From: an uncultured Candidatus Poseidoniales archaeon
GTDB taxonomy: Archaea; Thermoplasmatota; Poseidoniia; Poseidoniales; CAYMED01
NCBI GenBank assembly: GCA_964389655.1
Contig: CAYMED010000003.1
Coordinates: forward strand, 39,163 to 103,162
Direction of reading: 5' to 3'
DNA length: 64,000 nucleotides
The notes beneath the pieces are model-generated. The model was not told where the DNA came from. It was given only the letters and a program-made list of their open reading frames with translations, and made no database searches. Each line of letters starts with the position of its first letter. The stretch's first letter is position 1. The translations under genes were made by a program, and so were the position numbers. Shown one piece after another: positions 28,619 through 38,431 of this stretch.

Positions 28619-29216
28619 TAGATCCCTCACTATCGGGGCCGCTAAATTCTGACACCTGATGCACATTATCGGCCAAAACAAAACCTGGATGCGGGTTGCT
28701 CTTCGGTTCTGTTGGATCGGGGGTATCTTCTTTCTTCGAGAAGAGAAGAGAAGCGGCGTGCACTGAATCTACAATTTGTTGATAACCGGTGCAACGGCAC
28801 AAATTTCCTTCAATCGCCTTTTTTATTTGTACATCACTAGGCGAGGGGTGAGACTCCAATAATGCTGAAATGACAACTAAGAACCCTGGTGTACAAAAGC
28901 CACATTGGCTTCCACCATAAGTTGCAAATGTTTCCTGAATTGGGTGCAAGTGTTGGCCATCGGCCAGGCCCTCAACTGTAACGATGGAGCACCCATCCAC
29001 TTCTTGTGCTAATAAAAGACACGAAAGTTTAGGCACTCCATTAATCAAGACCGCACAGCATCCACATGTCCCAAGATCACAGCCTCTCTTGACACCAAGC
29101 ATACCGACCTGTTCACGAAGTACGTCAAGAAGAATTGCATTCTGATCGATCAATTCTTCCACTAATTGTCCATTCACCTCTCCTTTCCATCGGCATGGAG
29201 GAAGAGAAGATTTCAT
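28611..29216 (-). CDS. 2x[2Fe-2S] small subunit (CoxS/HcrC family)
   Basis: GCDLGTCGCC..SC, QCGFCTPG, GNLCRCTGY. Confidence 0.93.
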   Translation of the reverse strand: MKSSLPPCRWKGEVNGQLVEELIDQNAILLDVLREQVGMLGVKRGCDLGTCGCCAVLINGVPKLSCLLLAQEVDGCSIVTVEGLADGQHLHPIQETFATYGGSQCGFCTPGFLVVISALLESHPSPSDVQIKKAIEGNLCRCTGYQQIVDSVHAASLLFSKKEDTPDPTEPKSNPHPGFVLADNVHQVSEFSGPDSEGSNV

Positions 29217-29331
29217 ATTGACCGTGGGCCCGGGACTCATGCGAAACAATTCTTCGGAACCATCAATGCACTTCAGTATTCGGACAGCAAATTAGCGTTA
29301 GAGCCTTGAGCAAGTAAATACTCAGCAACCC

Positions 29332-29607
29332 ATGGCAGAGCCGAGTGAGAAGGGGGGGATGGGCCTTCTCATTGAATGGGCACATAACATCACCGATGGA
29401 CTAGAGCCATGGGCTAGAACAGTTGTGTTATCGATAATTGCATTTGTTTCGTTTCTCTCCCTACTTATATTATGGGCATTGATTCGAATAGGATGGGCTA
29501 AACTAAGAGGAAAAGAAATCAAGTATCCACCACGCCAAGAATGGGAGCAAATGCGCAGAAAATACGGGAAAAAGCCCAAGTGGGATGAATGGGATGAAGA
29601 TCGCTAA
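29332..29607 (+). CDS. Small single-TM membrane protein
   Basis: ATG start, one long hydrophobic helix, charged Trp-rich tail; fills the intergenic gap. Confidence 0.65.
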   Translation: MAEPSEKGGMGLLIEWAHNITDGLEPWARTVVLSIIAFVSFLSLLILWALIRIGWAKLRGKEIKYPPRQEWEQMRRKYGKKPKWDEWDEDR

Positions 29608-31160
29608 GGACCAGGGCCAAATCCACAGACTGCACAATATGTCCAATTGTGGCTCCAGCCAACTAGACACATTTTACATTTTGATCCATTGACTGCCCCT
29701 CTCCCACCAGCTAATATTTCAGCAATACCCCCAATCTTTGGGCCCTCAAGTGATGAAGGGGGGTGGGAGTGACCAATCATTGGTCCAGTTTGAGGAATTT
29801 GAGGCACACTTCCCGTGGATGGGTCAGCGATCGGAGCACGTACTGGTTGTAAAAGGCCGCCTCCTAAAGGAGGAGAGGGAAGGTTTTCATTTCGCTTAAT
29901 TGGGACCGTAGTCGGCTCATGGTCCACGGTTTCTGCAACATCTATTTGGCCCACTGCCGCAGAGATTGGTGAGGGGTGAGCGTCCGCTACGGATTCAAGA
30001 GCCGAAGGTGAAGAAGAATCATCGGGATAGGCCACAAGCGGGGGTTTATCGTGCGGAATTATTTGCAAAGAAACTTGACAAGAAGTGCAATTGGGTTGAC
30101 TTTCGGGAGTAAATGCGCCACATGCCACGCACATAATCAAAGGACCTGAAACGTCTTGAGTTATTCCCACCTGAACATCAGAAGGGGTGCTTTCCTCAAA
30201 AGGAGAGGATTCAACTAGAGGAGATGGAGAAAAAGCATTCTCTATCATTTCATTGCCTGATGATAGGGGTTCAATTTGCTCAGAAATGAGTGGGGCCAAA
30301 TTTTGCTGCAGCGGAGGCTGAGGAAATTGACCAGGAACCATGCCAATTGGCCAAGAAAGGCCCGATTTTGCCATCATTTCTGCGGCAAAAGACTGAGGGT
30401 CAAGACCAGGGGGCATCATGCCCATCATATGGGCCATTGCAGCAGGTGGAACAGTTTGTGCTGAAGCAATGCCCTGATGTTCAACTACGTCTGCCATAGC
30501 ATGATGGGAGTGTTCCACTGGTTGTTCTATATCTAGAGATATGCTATTTTCTTTCTCTGGTTTAGAAAATGTACCTGGTGGAGGAAGGGAAAGGGGGCTC
30601 GGAATTACTGAAACCTCCCCCGCATCTTCGATATTTTTAGCAAAAACAAGGAGGTTCCCCCTATATACCGCTGGATCCGAGAGGAGAGCGGACAATTCAC
30701 CGTAGTAATTTCGTAGGCCTTCATCAGACCCATTTGCATAAGCAATTGTAAGGGCGCGCAACAAGTAATTATGGTCGGTGAATTTGGTCAGTTCTGCGAG
30801 TTGCTCTGAATCGATATCTGATGGAGCAACCCCCCCTGGATTCCCTGCTGAATCATCTAGTCCCAAATACAGACGAAGAGGGTCTGAAATCGACACAAGC
30901 CCAAGTGCTGAATTCATGAGATAGTAAACTTCACCACCCTCACAACCTAGCCTCTCGGCTATCGAAAAAAGATCAGGGTCATCAGATAGGAGGAGGTCAC
31001 CCGTGGAAGATATGAAATGAATGATTGATTCCTCTTCTGGAAGTTCAGAAAAACCGGTAATTACATCGGATGACGAAAAGATTCCAAAATATGCAGCAGT
31101 CTCATCGACCTCGATACCATCTGGAAGTGGTACGCTCCCAACTGAAAGGGTCTCAGACAT
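29604..31160 (-). CDS. Hypothetical protein: globular N-domain, Pro-rich linkers, two Zn ribbons
   Basis: CVAC..CTSC and CKMC..CAVC pairs; Pro/Ser-rich spacers. Confidence 0.7.
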   Translation of the reverse strand: MSETLSVGSVPLPDGIEVDETAAYFGIFSSSDVITGFSELPEEESIIHFISSTGDLLLSDDPDLFSIAERLGCEGGEVYYLMNSALGLVSISDPLRLYLGLDDSAGNPGGVAPSDIDSEQLAELTKFTDHNYLLRALTIAYANGSDEGLRNYYGELSALLSDPAVYRGNLLVFAKNIEDAGEVSVIPSPLSLPPPGTFSKPEKENSISLDIEQPVEHSHHAMADVVEHQGIASAQTVPPAAMAHMMGMMPPGLDPQSFAAEMMAKSGLSWPIGMVPGQFPQPPLQQNLAPLISEQIEPLSSGNEMIENAFSPSPLVESSPFEESTPSDVQVGITQDVSGPLIMCVACGAFTPESQPNCTSCQVSLQIIPHDKPPLVAYPDDSSSPSALESVADAHPSPISAAVGQIDVAETVDHEPTTVPIKRNENLPSPPLGGGLLQPVRAPIADPSTGSVPQIPQTGPMIGHSHPPSSLEGPKIGGIAEILAGGRGAVNGSKCKMCLVGWSHNWTYCAVCGFGPGP

Positions 31161-31234
31161 GGTTGTCACACTTAGGCCCACACTGCGATGGTTATGAAGG
31201 GTTCACATACTTTCTGTAATTGAGGAAAAAGGAG

Positions 31235-31912
31235 ATGAGAACTATCGGGGCGGTGGCTGCGCTTGATTTTCCGGACATATCATTGGTGTGCAATGGCGAA
31301 TTTGGCTTTATCGACAAAGAGCGCATTAATCGATTGCGGTATGAGGAAATTCCACTTATTGCAGTCGATGGAGGATTACGACACATGAAAAGAGAGCATG
31401 TTCTAGAAATTGTTGGGGATCTCGATTCCCTAGTTCAGATAAAAAGCGATGATGGGGGAATTGTAGAATTGTTAGACCAAGACCAATCGGATTTATGCAA
31501 GGCAATCGAGCGCGCTTCAACGACCTTTGGTGCAAATTCGATTGATATCCTAGCAGTCAGCAGAGGGAATCTTGCCCACCAAATCGGCGTTCAAATGTCA
31601 TTGGCTGCAACGGCTAAGATGATTGATCTCATTGCATTTGTTGATGACCACTTAATTGCAAACATACCATCATCACGAAAATTGGAGGTCGAAAAAGGAA
31701 GTCGGTTCAGCTTGTTCAGTTATGGGGAAGTGAAAGGCATATGCATATCTGGGGCAGAGTTTGGCCAGCGTGGATTTGACATGGGACCAGGTACTTTGGG
31801 GTTAAACAATGTGGCTACATCTAACGAAATAATGATTGAAAGAAAAGAAGGGAATGCTGCGCTTATCGTGGTGATAGAACAGTCAGTCCTCAAAAAGATA
31901 CGTCACTCGTAG
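31235..31912 (+). CDS. Thiamine pyrophosphokinase-like protein
   Basis: IAVDGG, VGDLDS, DQDQSDLCKA, FSLF, GLNNVA. Confidence 0.75.
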   Translation: MRTIGAVAALDFPDISLVCNGEFGFIDKERINRLRYEEIPLIAVDGGLRHMKREHVLEIVGDLDSLVQIKSDDGGIVELLDQDQSDLCKAIERASTTFGANSIDILAVSRGNLAHQIGVQMSLAATAKMIDLIAFVDDHLIANIPSSRKLEVEKGSRFSLFSYGEVKGICISGAEFGQRGFDMGPGTLGLNNVATSNEIMIERKEGNAALIVVIEQSVLKKIRHS

Positions 31913-33183
31913 GGAACCCACAACTCCGAGGCTGCATCCCACCAATCAATTCTGCCATCTACATGCCGCCTCCACCATTGCCCGTGCTCATCAGCACGCA
32001 ACTCACAGTCACCTGAATCCGGAGGGGATGTGATCTCAATGGCTTCCTCCATTTTAGACCTCCTTTGCCGAACTGCAAGAAGGATGATCAACGGTGAAAA
32101 AAGAGCAATCAAACTCCCAACGATAAGAGTGGTCCATACCTTGGCATCCTTGTAATCGGGCTCAAAGAGGGCTGCTTGCTCTTTTTGGACCCAGCCACCC
32201 GTTCCATCGCCTGAAAGTGTACCTGGTGGGAGACGGACAACATTGGTTGCTAGTAAAGTACTGGCGCCTATTGAATCAGTAATTTCAACTGTGACTAGGT
32301 GGCTCCCAGCTGCCCATTCGGTACAATCAATCGAGGGGCCTTGAACTAACCCGTCTGGCGTGGACCAAATCATTTTGACTTCTCCTTGACCTGCTGTCAA
32401 ATTAACGGAAACCCTACATTCTGTAAATGCAGCATCTTGCAAATTTCCTTCCACTTCGAGAACACCTGATGGAAGGGGAGCAGGATCAATTTGAAGCATG
32501 AGTTCTGATTCGGCGGTCATGCCAAGGCTATTGGATGCTGAAAAGCGGAGTTCATAGGACCCCGGCGTCCAATCTGAACAGTCAAGAAGACTCATCGTTC
32601 CTGATTTAATGTGCATGCGAGTAGGTGTTCCTTCAAGGATTATCTGCGTAGTGGTCTCGTAACGATCGGATACTTCATCACTGTGGTCAATTTCTACTTG
32701 GCATGAGGATCCTTGCACAATTGCATCAGAAACGGGGTATGCTCGAATGTTGACTGAAGGGCCTGAAAGTCCAGAACTAAGGGGGAATGCTGTGGGTTCA
32801 AGGCGAATTGGCGGCGCGGATAAACCCTCATCATAAGCATCTATTGTAAGTTGATGGAGGCCTGAAGTCCAAGCAGTTGCATTAAATGATACAGACCCTG
32901 ATTGCCCCTTTTCCAAAGTGATCAATTCGGCCATCTCAAATGAGGTTACTGCCTCAAAAATAGTTAAACGGACAAGAACAGGAATCGCCTCATTAATCGA
33001 AGGGCTGGGGGAAAGACCGATTGTAACCAATACTGTGTCATTTCTCAAATCACCATTGTGATCAAGAATCAAAATTTCTATGATTTCAGCAGTAAAGCGC
33101 GGATTGTCAGAACTCGCAGCTACTGAAGTTGCTGGTGCGACTAATGTCAAAATTGCCAGAATAAATACAAAGCGGGTATTCAT
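31903..33183 (-). CDS. Secreted beta-rich membrane-anchored protein with C-terminal Trp-rich module
   Basis: Signal peptide; repeated DC..W.PG/AG Ig-like units; TM; tail DEHGQWWRRHVDGRIDWWDAASELWVPYE. Confidence 0.75.
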   Translation of the reverse strand: MNTRFVFILAILTLVAPATSVAASSDNPRFTAEIIEILILDHNGDLRNDTVLVTIGLSPSPSINEAIPVLVRLTIFEAVTSFEMAELITLEKGQSGSVSFNATAWTSGLHQLTIDAYDEGLSAPPIRLEPTAFPLSSGLSGPSVNIRAYPVSDAIVQGSSCQVEIDHSDEVSDRYETTTQIILEGTPTRMHIKSGTMSLLDCSDWTPGSYELRFSASNSLGMTAESELMLQIDPAPLPSGVLEVEGNLQDAAFTECRVSVNLTAGQGEVKMIWSTPDGLVQGPSIDCTEWAAGSHLVTVEITDSIGASTLLATNVVRLPPGTLSGDGTGGWVQKEQAALFEPDYKDAKVWTTLIVGSLIALFSPLIILLAVRQRRSKMEEAIEITSPPDSGDCELRADEHGQWWRRHVDGRIDWWDAASELWVPYE

Positions 33184-35882
33184 TTTTGCACCCCATATTC
33201 ATGAGTTGGTGCACCCGCCAATGAAGATTGGGCTGACATTGCCCCATCAGCATATGTTTGTTGCCCAAGTGTCTGAGCACCAGCATAAGGCGAATGTGCT
33301 AATGCTTCTGCTTGAAGGTGAGCCGCCGTGGGGTTGAACGTTTGAGGGATCGCTGCGGCGAGATAGGGAGAGTCCATCAGCGCCTCTCTTGCCGCATCAA
33401 TCGCATCTGGATCCGTTAGATCACCAAATTCATCATCATCCGGAGAGCGGCGCAATAAAGCAACCAGCAATAACCCAACAAGACCAAATGCCGCCCAAAC
33501 GATCCAAGTAATTGATGATCCAGTCGGATCTTCACTTACTTCAAGGAAATTGGCTTCAAAGCGGTTGTAGCCCGAACTCAGGCCATTGCCATCCTCATCG
33601 GGGCACCCTTGTCTATCCTTGCTTGAAGTCCCTGCGCGGATTGGACAATCATCGCGGTTATTCCCCAAGGGGTTATCTGCAAATCCATCACCATCAGTAT
33701 CACTCCATTGAAGAGAGTCAGAAGGATAACGATCACCGCCATTCGACCAGCCATCTCCATCATCATCGATGCAGCCAAAACGGTCCATTACGCTAGATCC
33801 TTTGTAATTCGGGCAGGCATCGGGCTGATGGCCATCTTCAGCATCACCAAACCCGTCCCCATCTTCATCATGGAATTGTGTTGGATCAAAATCAAAGTCA
33901 TCTGCCAAATCTGAAACACCATCTCCATCTGAATCCGGACAACCACGGCGATCTGTCGATGATCTTCCCGGTTGAAGGGGGCAAGCATCGTGCAACAGGC
34001 TAGAGGCTGCGTCGCCCCACCCATCACCATCCGTATCTGCCCATTGCTCGGCTGCGAGGGACCACAACTCACCTTCTGTTAGGGAAGGAAAGCGACGCGC
34101 TAGGTCTTCAGAGGTCGGAAATGCATCACCCTCGCCAAAGGGGGAGGCTTCCCAATTTGAAGTAGGGTCTGAAGTACCATCACCATCGCTATCGATGCAT
34201 CCCCATCGATCTCGAGTGCTATTTCCAAATGTTCTCGGACAATAATCAGGTTGTGTTGCCCCTCTCGTTGATTCATCACCATAGCGGTCCCCATCAGTAT
34301 CACGCCATTGTGTAGGGTCATCGGGAAAAGCATCAGCAGGACCTAATGGGTGGATCAGCCATAGTTCATCAGGATCTGACCAGCCATCATTATCTGCATC
34401 TGCACATCCCTTCCGATCTTTGGAACTTGTACCGTGAATATAGGGACAAGAGTCACCACTTTCACTGGAAAAATTGTCACCCCATCCATCACCATCTGAA
34501 TCAATATATTGTGTAGGATCTAGTGGAAAGGCATCAACCCTAGATGCATCTGCAATCCATTCCCCGGGCCAAGATTCATTGCGATTGTCCAACATCGCAC
34601 GGTCTGCAAAATTGTCCCCATATCCATCTCGATCAGAATCACGCCATTGTGTAGGGTTAAGGGGGAAATCATCAACCAATACTGCACCTACAATCGGTTC
34701 ACCTGGCCACCCCACTTCACGTCGAGGAGGGTCAGTGGGGTCGTAATTATCCCCCCAACGATCACCGTCTGAATCAGTCCATTGCGTGGGTTCCTGACGG
34801 AAAGCATCTGCCCCATTGTTCATTGTCCAATTTGACACTGGATCTGATGAACCATCTTGATCAAGGTCGGGGCATCCAAATCGGTCCCTAGTTGAATTTC
34901 CAAATGTATCGACACAAGAATCAGACTCAAAACCTGCCACCTCATCTCCAAATCCATCCCCATCACGGTCACACCATTGTGTGGGCTCATGGGGAAAAGC
35001 ATCTGCCCCCCTCGCACACTCTAAATTGAAAATTGGGGGCCAATCCGGAGCCGGATTTGACCAGCCATCGCCGTCTTGATCAAAACAACCAAGGCGGTCT
35101 TGACTGCTATTACCCCATACTGAAGGACAAGCGTCAATCAATTTGGCACCTTCCACATATGCTCCGATAACTGGCTTCTCAGACTCGCGGTGAGTTGTCC
35201 AAGATGAATTTCCCCAGTTGTCACCCGACCCATCTGAATCTTCATCTGACCACTGGGTTGGCTCAAGATGGAAGGCATCGGCATGGTTCATGCGAACAGT
35301 CCATGATGGATCTGGATCTGACCATCCATCAAGGTCTGAATCAGGACAACCATTGCGGTCATAGATTGAAGCGCCTTGGGTGGAAGGACAGTCATCATAG
35401 ATGTCGATTGCCCCATCATCATCTGTATCGCGACCGAGTTGGTCCAGTTTCGGTTTCAGCGTGTAATCAATACCATCATTGCATGCAGTATCTTCACTCT
35501 TGACTCGGACATGGTACCATCCTTCAGAACCAATATTGGTTGAAAGGCTGGTACTAGATGCGCCGTTTTCAAACGTGTTATCACCTGCTAAAGTGGCCTC
35601 ACTTGAATCTGTAATTTTCACTTTTCCAGTATACCCATCATTGATGCAAATCCACATGGGATTGCTCATCGAAGAAGAGACGTCGATCTCTAATACATCT
35701 CCCGTATAAGCATAAATTTTCCACCAATCTATTGCATCTCCATCATAATCAACATTTTCAGTAACCGATTGTCCATCAAACATTAATGTAGAAGATGCGA
35801 GATCATCATCTGCAGATGCCACGAGAGGCATCAATGAAATGAGGAGAAGGGCCGCGATGAGCACTGCGCGGTAACCTTTCAT
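33180..35882 (-). CDS. Thrombospondin type-3 repeat (Ca-binding) surface protein with C-terminal TM
   Basis: Signal peptide; PPC-like N-domain (DWWKI..GD); many DAFP.DPTQW.D.DGDG.GD and DR.GC.D.DGDG repeats; TM. Confidence 0.88.
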   Translation of the reverse strand: MKGYRAVLIAALLLISLMPLVASADDDLASSTLMFDGQSVTENVDYDGDAIDWWKIYAYTGDVLEIDVSSSMSNPMWICINDGYTGKVKITDSSEATLAGDNTFENGASSTSLSTNIGSEGWYHVRVKSEDTACNDGIDYTLKPKLDQLGRDTDDDGAIDIYDDCPSTQGASIYDRNGCPDSDLDGWSDPDPSWTVRMNHADAFHLEPTQWSDEDSDGSGDNWGNSSWTTHRESEKPVIGAYVEGAKLIDACPSVWGNSSQDRLGCFDQDGDGWSNPAPDWPPIFNLECARGADAFPHEPTQWCDRDGDGFGDEVAGFESDSCVDTFGNSTRDRFGCPDLDQDGSSDPVSNWTMNNGADAFRQEPTQWTDSDGDRWGDNYDPTDPPRREVGWPGEPIVGAVLVDDFPLNPTQWRDSDRDGYGDNFADRAMLDNRNESWPGEWIADASRVDAFPLDPTQYIDSDGDGWGDNFSSESGDSCPYIHGTSSKDRKGCADADNDGWSDPDELWLIHPLGPADAFPDDPTQWRDTDGDRYGDESTRGATQPDYCPRTFGNSTRDRWGCIDSDGDGTSDPTSNWEASPFGEGDAFPTSEDLARRFPSLTEGELWSLAAEQWADTDGDGWGDAASSLLHDACPLQPGRSSTDRRGCPDSDGDGVSDLADDFDFDPTQFHDEDGDGFGDAEDGHQPDACPNYKGSSVMDRFGCIDDDGDGWSNGGDRYPSDSLQWSDTDGDGFADNPLGNNRDDCPIRAGTSSKDRQGCPDEDGNGLSSGYNRFEANFLEVSEDPTGSSITWIVWAAFGLVGLLLVALLRRSPDDDEFGDLTDPDAIDAAREALMDSPYLAAAIPQTFNPTAAHLQAEALAHSPYAGAQTLGQQTYADGAMSAQSSLAGAPTHEYGVQK
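33560..35440 (-). repeat. Coding array of degenerate TSP3-like Asp/Gly repeats
   Basis: Alternating C....G.S..DR.GC.D.D.DG and DAF...PTQW.D.DGD units; boundaries approximate. Confidence 0.8.
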
Positions 35883-35908
35883 AGAGGGTGAGCGCGCATG
35901 AACGATTA

Positions 35909-36349
35909 TCAATGAATTGATTGTTTGTAGACTGGGTCTGTACTTTGAAGAACATGCCTTTCTTGAAAAGAATATGTGTGGTTAGCCCGTTCAAACCCTA
36001 ATTTCATGGCAAATTCGCCAACCCATCCAGTGAGCAATAGAACACGGTTCGAATCTGAAAAGATGGCACCGCCAGAATACCCTTTGACGAGATCAAAGGA
36101 CGGCCCAATATCAAGCGCCAGATCAGTTGGGTTGAGAGACTCCCAAACACGCATATCAAAATGGGATGCATGCAATAGACCAAGTGGAAAAGGCTCTCGC
36201 TGATCTGAGAGAACGTGTTGCAACCTCCAACCGATATCATCACGATGTAAGGCAAATCCGAGAGGTTTTTGCACATCTATAGAGTTCGATTGTATAACAA
36301 GAAACGCCGTTGAGGGGTATGATGCCGAATCTAAAATGGAAAGACGCAT
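35909..36349 (-). CDS. Hypothetical protein
   Basis: Open frame between the GT4 and TSP3 genes; ATG 36349 lies 14 bp after the GT4 stop. Confidence 0.55.
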   Translation of the reverse strand: MRLSILDSASYPSTAFLVIQSNSIDVQKPLGFALHRDDIGWRLQHVLSDQREPFPLGLLHASHFDMRVWESLNPTDLALDIGPSFDLVKGYSGGAIFSDSNRVLLLTGWVGEFAMKLGFERANHTYSFQERHVLQSTDPVYKQSIH

Positions 36350-36362
36350 GATTACACATCTG

Positions 36363-37610
36363 CTATTTTTTGATTGCTTCTTGATAGATTGACTCAAAGA
36401 GCAAAGCATTGTACTCATAAGTAAACTTGGATTCTACAAGCGCCCTTCCCGCCTTTCCCATCTCTGCAAGGAGGTCAGGATTGGAGAGCAATTCAATAGC
36501 GATTTTTCCTAGAGCCACAGGGTCTGGAAATGGAGCAAGGCCGCCCACCTCAGGAGTAATCATCTCAGGTATGGGGCCTTCATCAAATCCAATTACTGGG
36601 ACACTAGAGGCCATGGATTCAATGGGTACGAGACCTTGACCTTCATACAAAGAAGGATAGATGACAAGGTCAACTGCTCGATGAAGTTTGGATAGGTCTT
36701 CAAAAGGGAGGGATGGAAGTATTTTGACAGAGGATTCTAGTCCTAGTCTCCTAGCACGGCGTAGCAATGGTGACTTCAGCCGGCCACGACCAACTATGAC
36801 TAGTTTCGCATTTGGAAATTTGTCGACGATAATACGCATGCTGCGCATAAGCAATGCATGTCCTTTTCTTGCTGCCAATCGACCTACTGCAAGCAATAGG
36901 GGAGGACCACCACCACCTGATGCAAGAGGGGTATGTTCAACTCCATGCATTGTGCGTACTCCACTAATCGTGTCCTCATCGGAAGAAGAAAGGGGGCGGT
37001 ATGCACGTGTATCAACTCCCCAAAGAACAACTCGTAAATCGCATTCTTGTTTCGCATTGTAGCGGGAACGAAGGTCAACTGCTGTTGCCTCACTATTGGC
37101 TACGCAAATGGATGCATGGGAAAGCGCTGCCCTCTCGTATCTTGCATAGTAACCTGCAGTAAACAATATCGCAAGATCATTCGGGTTTCGGAGGGCAGCT
37201 GGTTCTCGGTATCGCACAGCACGCCTCAATCCATCGCGCTCACCCAGCCAAGTTCCATGCATTGATGCTACAATTGGGGCAACTATAGATTTCAACTGGC
37301 AAATTGTCCGTTTTGACCAAGCTACAATGGGGAGATGTGCGTGTATCACATCCACTGGGTCTGTCTCATTAAGTGCCACTAAATCCTTGGCCGCGGCTTT
37401 GCCAAATGAGGTGGTAAATGCCATGGGTAAACGTGCCCAACCCAATTCACGGACATGAATCCCATCACATTCAACTGGAACGGTACCTGATCGTGTGAGA
37501 ATGGTAACACGATGACCTAAACGGGTTAACTCAATTGCAAGGTGATGGGCTGTCGTGCCCAAACCCCCCCAACGGGGGGGATACTCACCCGCTACCATGG
37601 CAATGTGCAT
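36363..37610 (-). CDS. Glycosyltransferase family 4
   Basis: EYPPRWGG, DVIHAH, VGRLAARKG, PSLYEGQGLVPIESMA. Confidence 0.93.
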   Translation of the reverse strand: MHIAMVAGEYPPRWGGLGTTAHHLAIELTRLGHRVTILTRSGTVPVECDGIHVRELGWARLPMAFTTSFGKAAAKDLVALNETDPVDVIHAHLPIVAWSKRTICQLKSIVAPIVASMHGTWLGERDGLRRAVRYREPAALRNPNDLAILFTAGYYARYERAALSHASICVANSEATAVDLRSRYNAKQECDLRVVLWGVDTRAYRPLSSSDEDTISGVRTMHGVEHTPLASGGGGPPLLLAVGRLAARKGHALLMRSMRIIVDKFPNAKLVIVGRGRLKSPLLRRARRLGLESSVKILPSLPFEDLSKLHRAVDLVIYPSLYEGQGLVPIESMASSVPVIGFDEGPIPEMITPEVGGLAPFPDPVALGKIAIELLSNPDLLAEMGKAGRALVESKFTYEYNALLFESIYQEAIKK

Positions 37611-37696
37611 GGCCTAGGTGAGCGGCATAGCATCAAGAGGGTTGCCGAGCATCAGTCAAGGGCGATTTGATAGGGGGGAGCCTTTCCAAGAGGTCC

Positions 37697-38431
37697 ATGG
37701 GCGGGAAATTGCCGATTTCCGTGACTGTAATTCTTCCAACACTGAATGAGGAGAAAGGGATCAAAGCAACCATTGATGCTCTGCCCCGTGATTGGTGTGA
37801 AGACCTCGAGATTCTAGTTATTGATGGAAATAGCAAAGATGATACCGTCAAAATAGCAAAACAGGCGGGAGCAAAAGTGCATATCGAATCTCGCAAGGGA
37901 TATGGACGTGCTTACCGAACGGGGTTTGCAATTGCAAGTAATGATGTTATCATCACAATGGATGCGGATGCAACTTATCCTGCTGAAGTAATCCCTGATT
38001 TGGTCAAAACGCTGATTGATGATGATCTAGATTTCATCACCTGTGACCGCCTGAAAAAGGCGGAAATGGGGTCGATGTCGGGGATGCACGGATTTGGAAA
38101 CCGCGTACTTTCTTGGACTGCAAGATTCTTATTTTGGTATGGTATAAAGGACTCTCAATCAGGAATGTGGGTGTTTTACAAGCGTGTATTCGAAAATAAA
38201 AAAGTACGACCAACCCATGATGGGATGCCACTTTCTGAAGAAATCAAAATTTTAGCTGCACGCCATCTAGGGAAAAAGAAAGTACGGGAAGTTTCTGTAC
38301 CTTACAGGCCGCGTGTTGGTGATGCTGAAATACAGACATGGAATGATGGAATGAAGAATTTATTGTTTCTTTGGCGGATGAGATTTGGAATGAGAAGGGA
38401 ATTAACCCCCTGGGGAGAAAATCAAAACTAA
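37697..38431 (+). CDS. Glycosyltransferase family 2 (polyprenol-phosphate glycosyltransferase-like)
   Basis: ILPTLNEE, IDGNSKDDT, GYGRA, MDADATYP, DSQSG, YRPRVG. Confidence 0.92.
   Translation: MGGKLPISVTVILPTLNEEKGIKATIDALPRDWCEDLEILVIDGNSKDDTVKIAKQAGAKVHIESRKGYGRAYRTGFAIASNDVIITMDADATYPAEVIPDLVKTLIDDDLDFITCDRLKKAEMGSMSGMHGFGNRVLSWTARFLFWYGIKDSQSGMWVFYKRVFENKKVRPTHDGMPLSEEIKILAARHLGKKKVREVSVPYRPRVGDAEIQTWNDGMKNLLFLWRMRFGMRRELTPWGENQN

Noticed and set aside
33560-35440. Repetitive DNA as a possible CRISPR or non-coding array
   Set aside because: The repeats are degenerate at the codon level and encode TSP3 units; no identical repeat-spacer pattern and no cas genes.
37563-37580. C7-AAC-G7 run in the 5' end of GT4 as a phase-variation tract or hairpin
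   Set aside because: Explained by the conserved YPPRWGG coding motif; the frame is intact.
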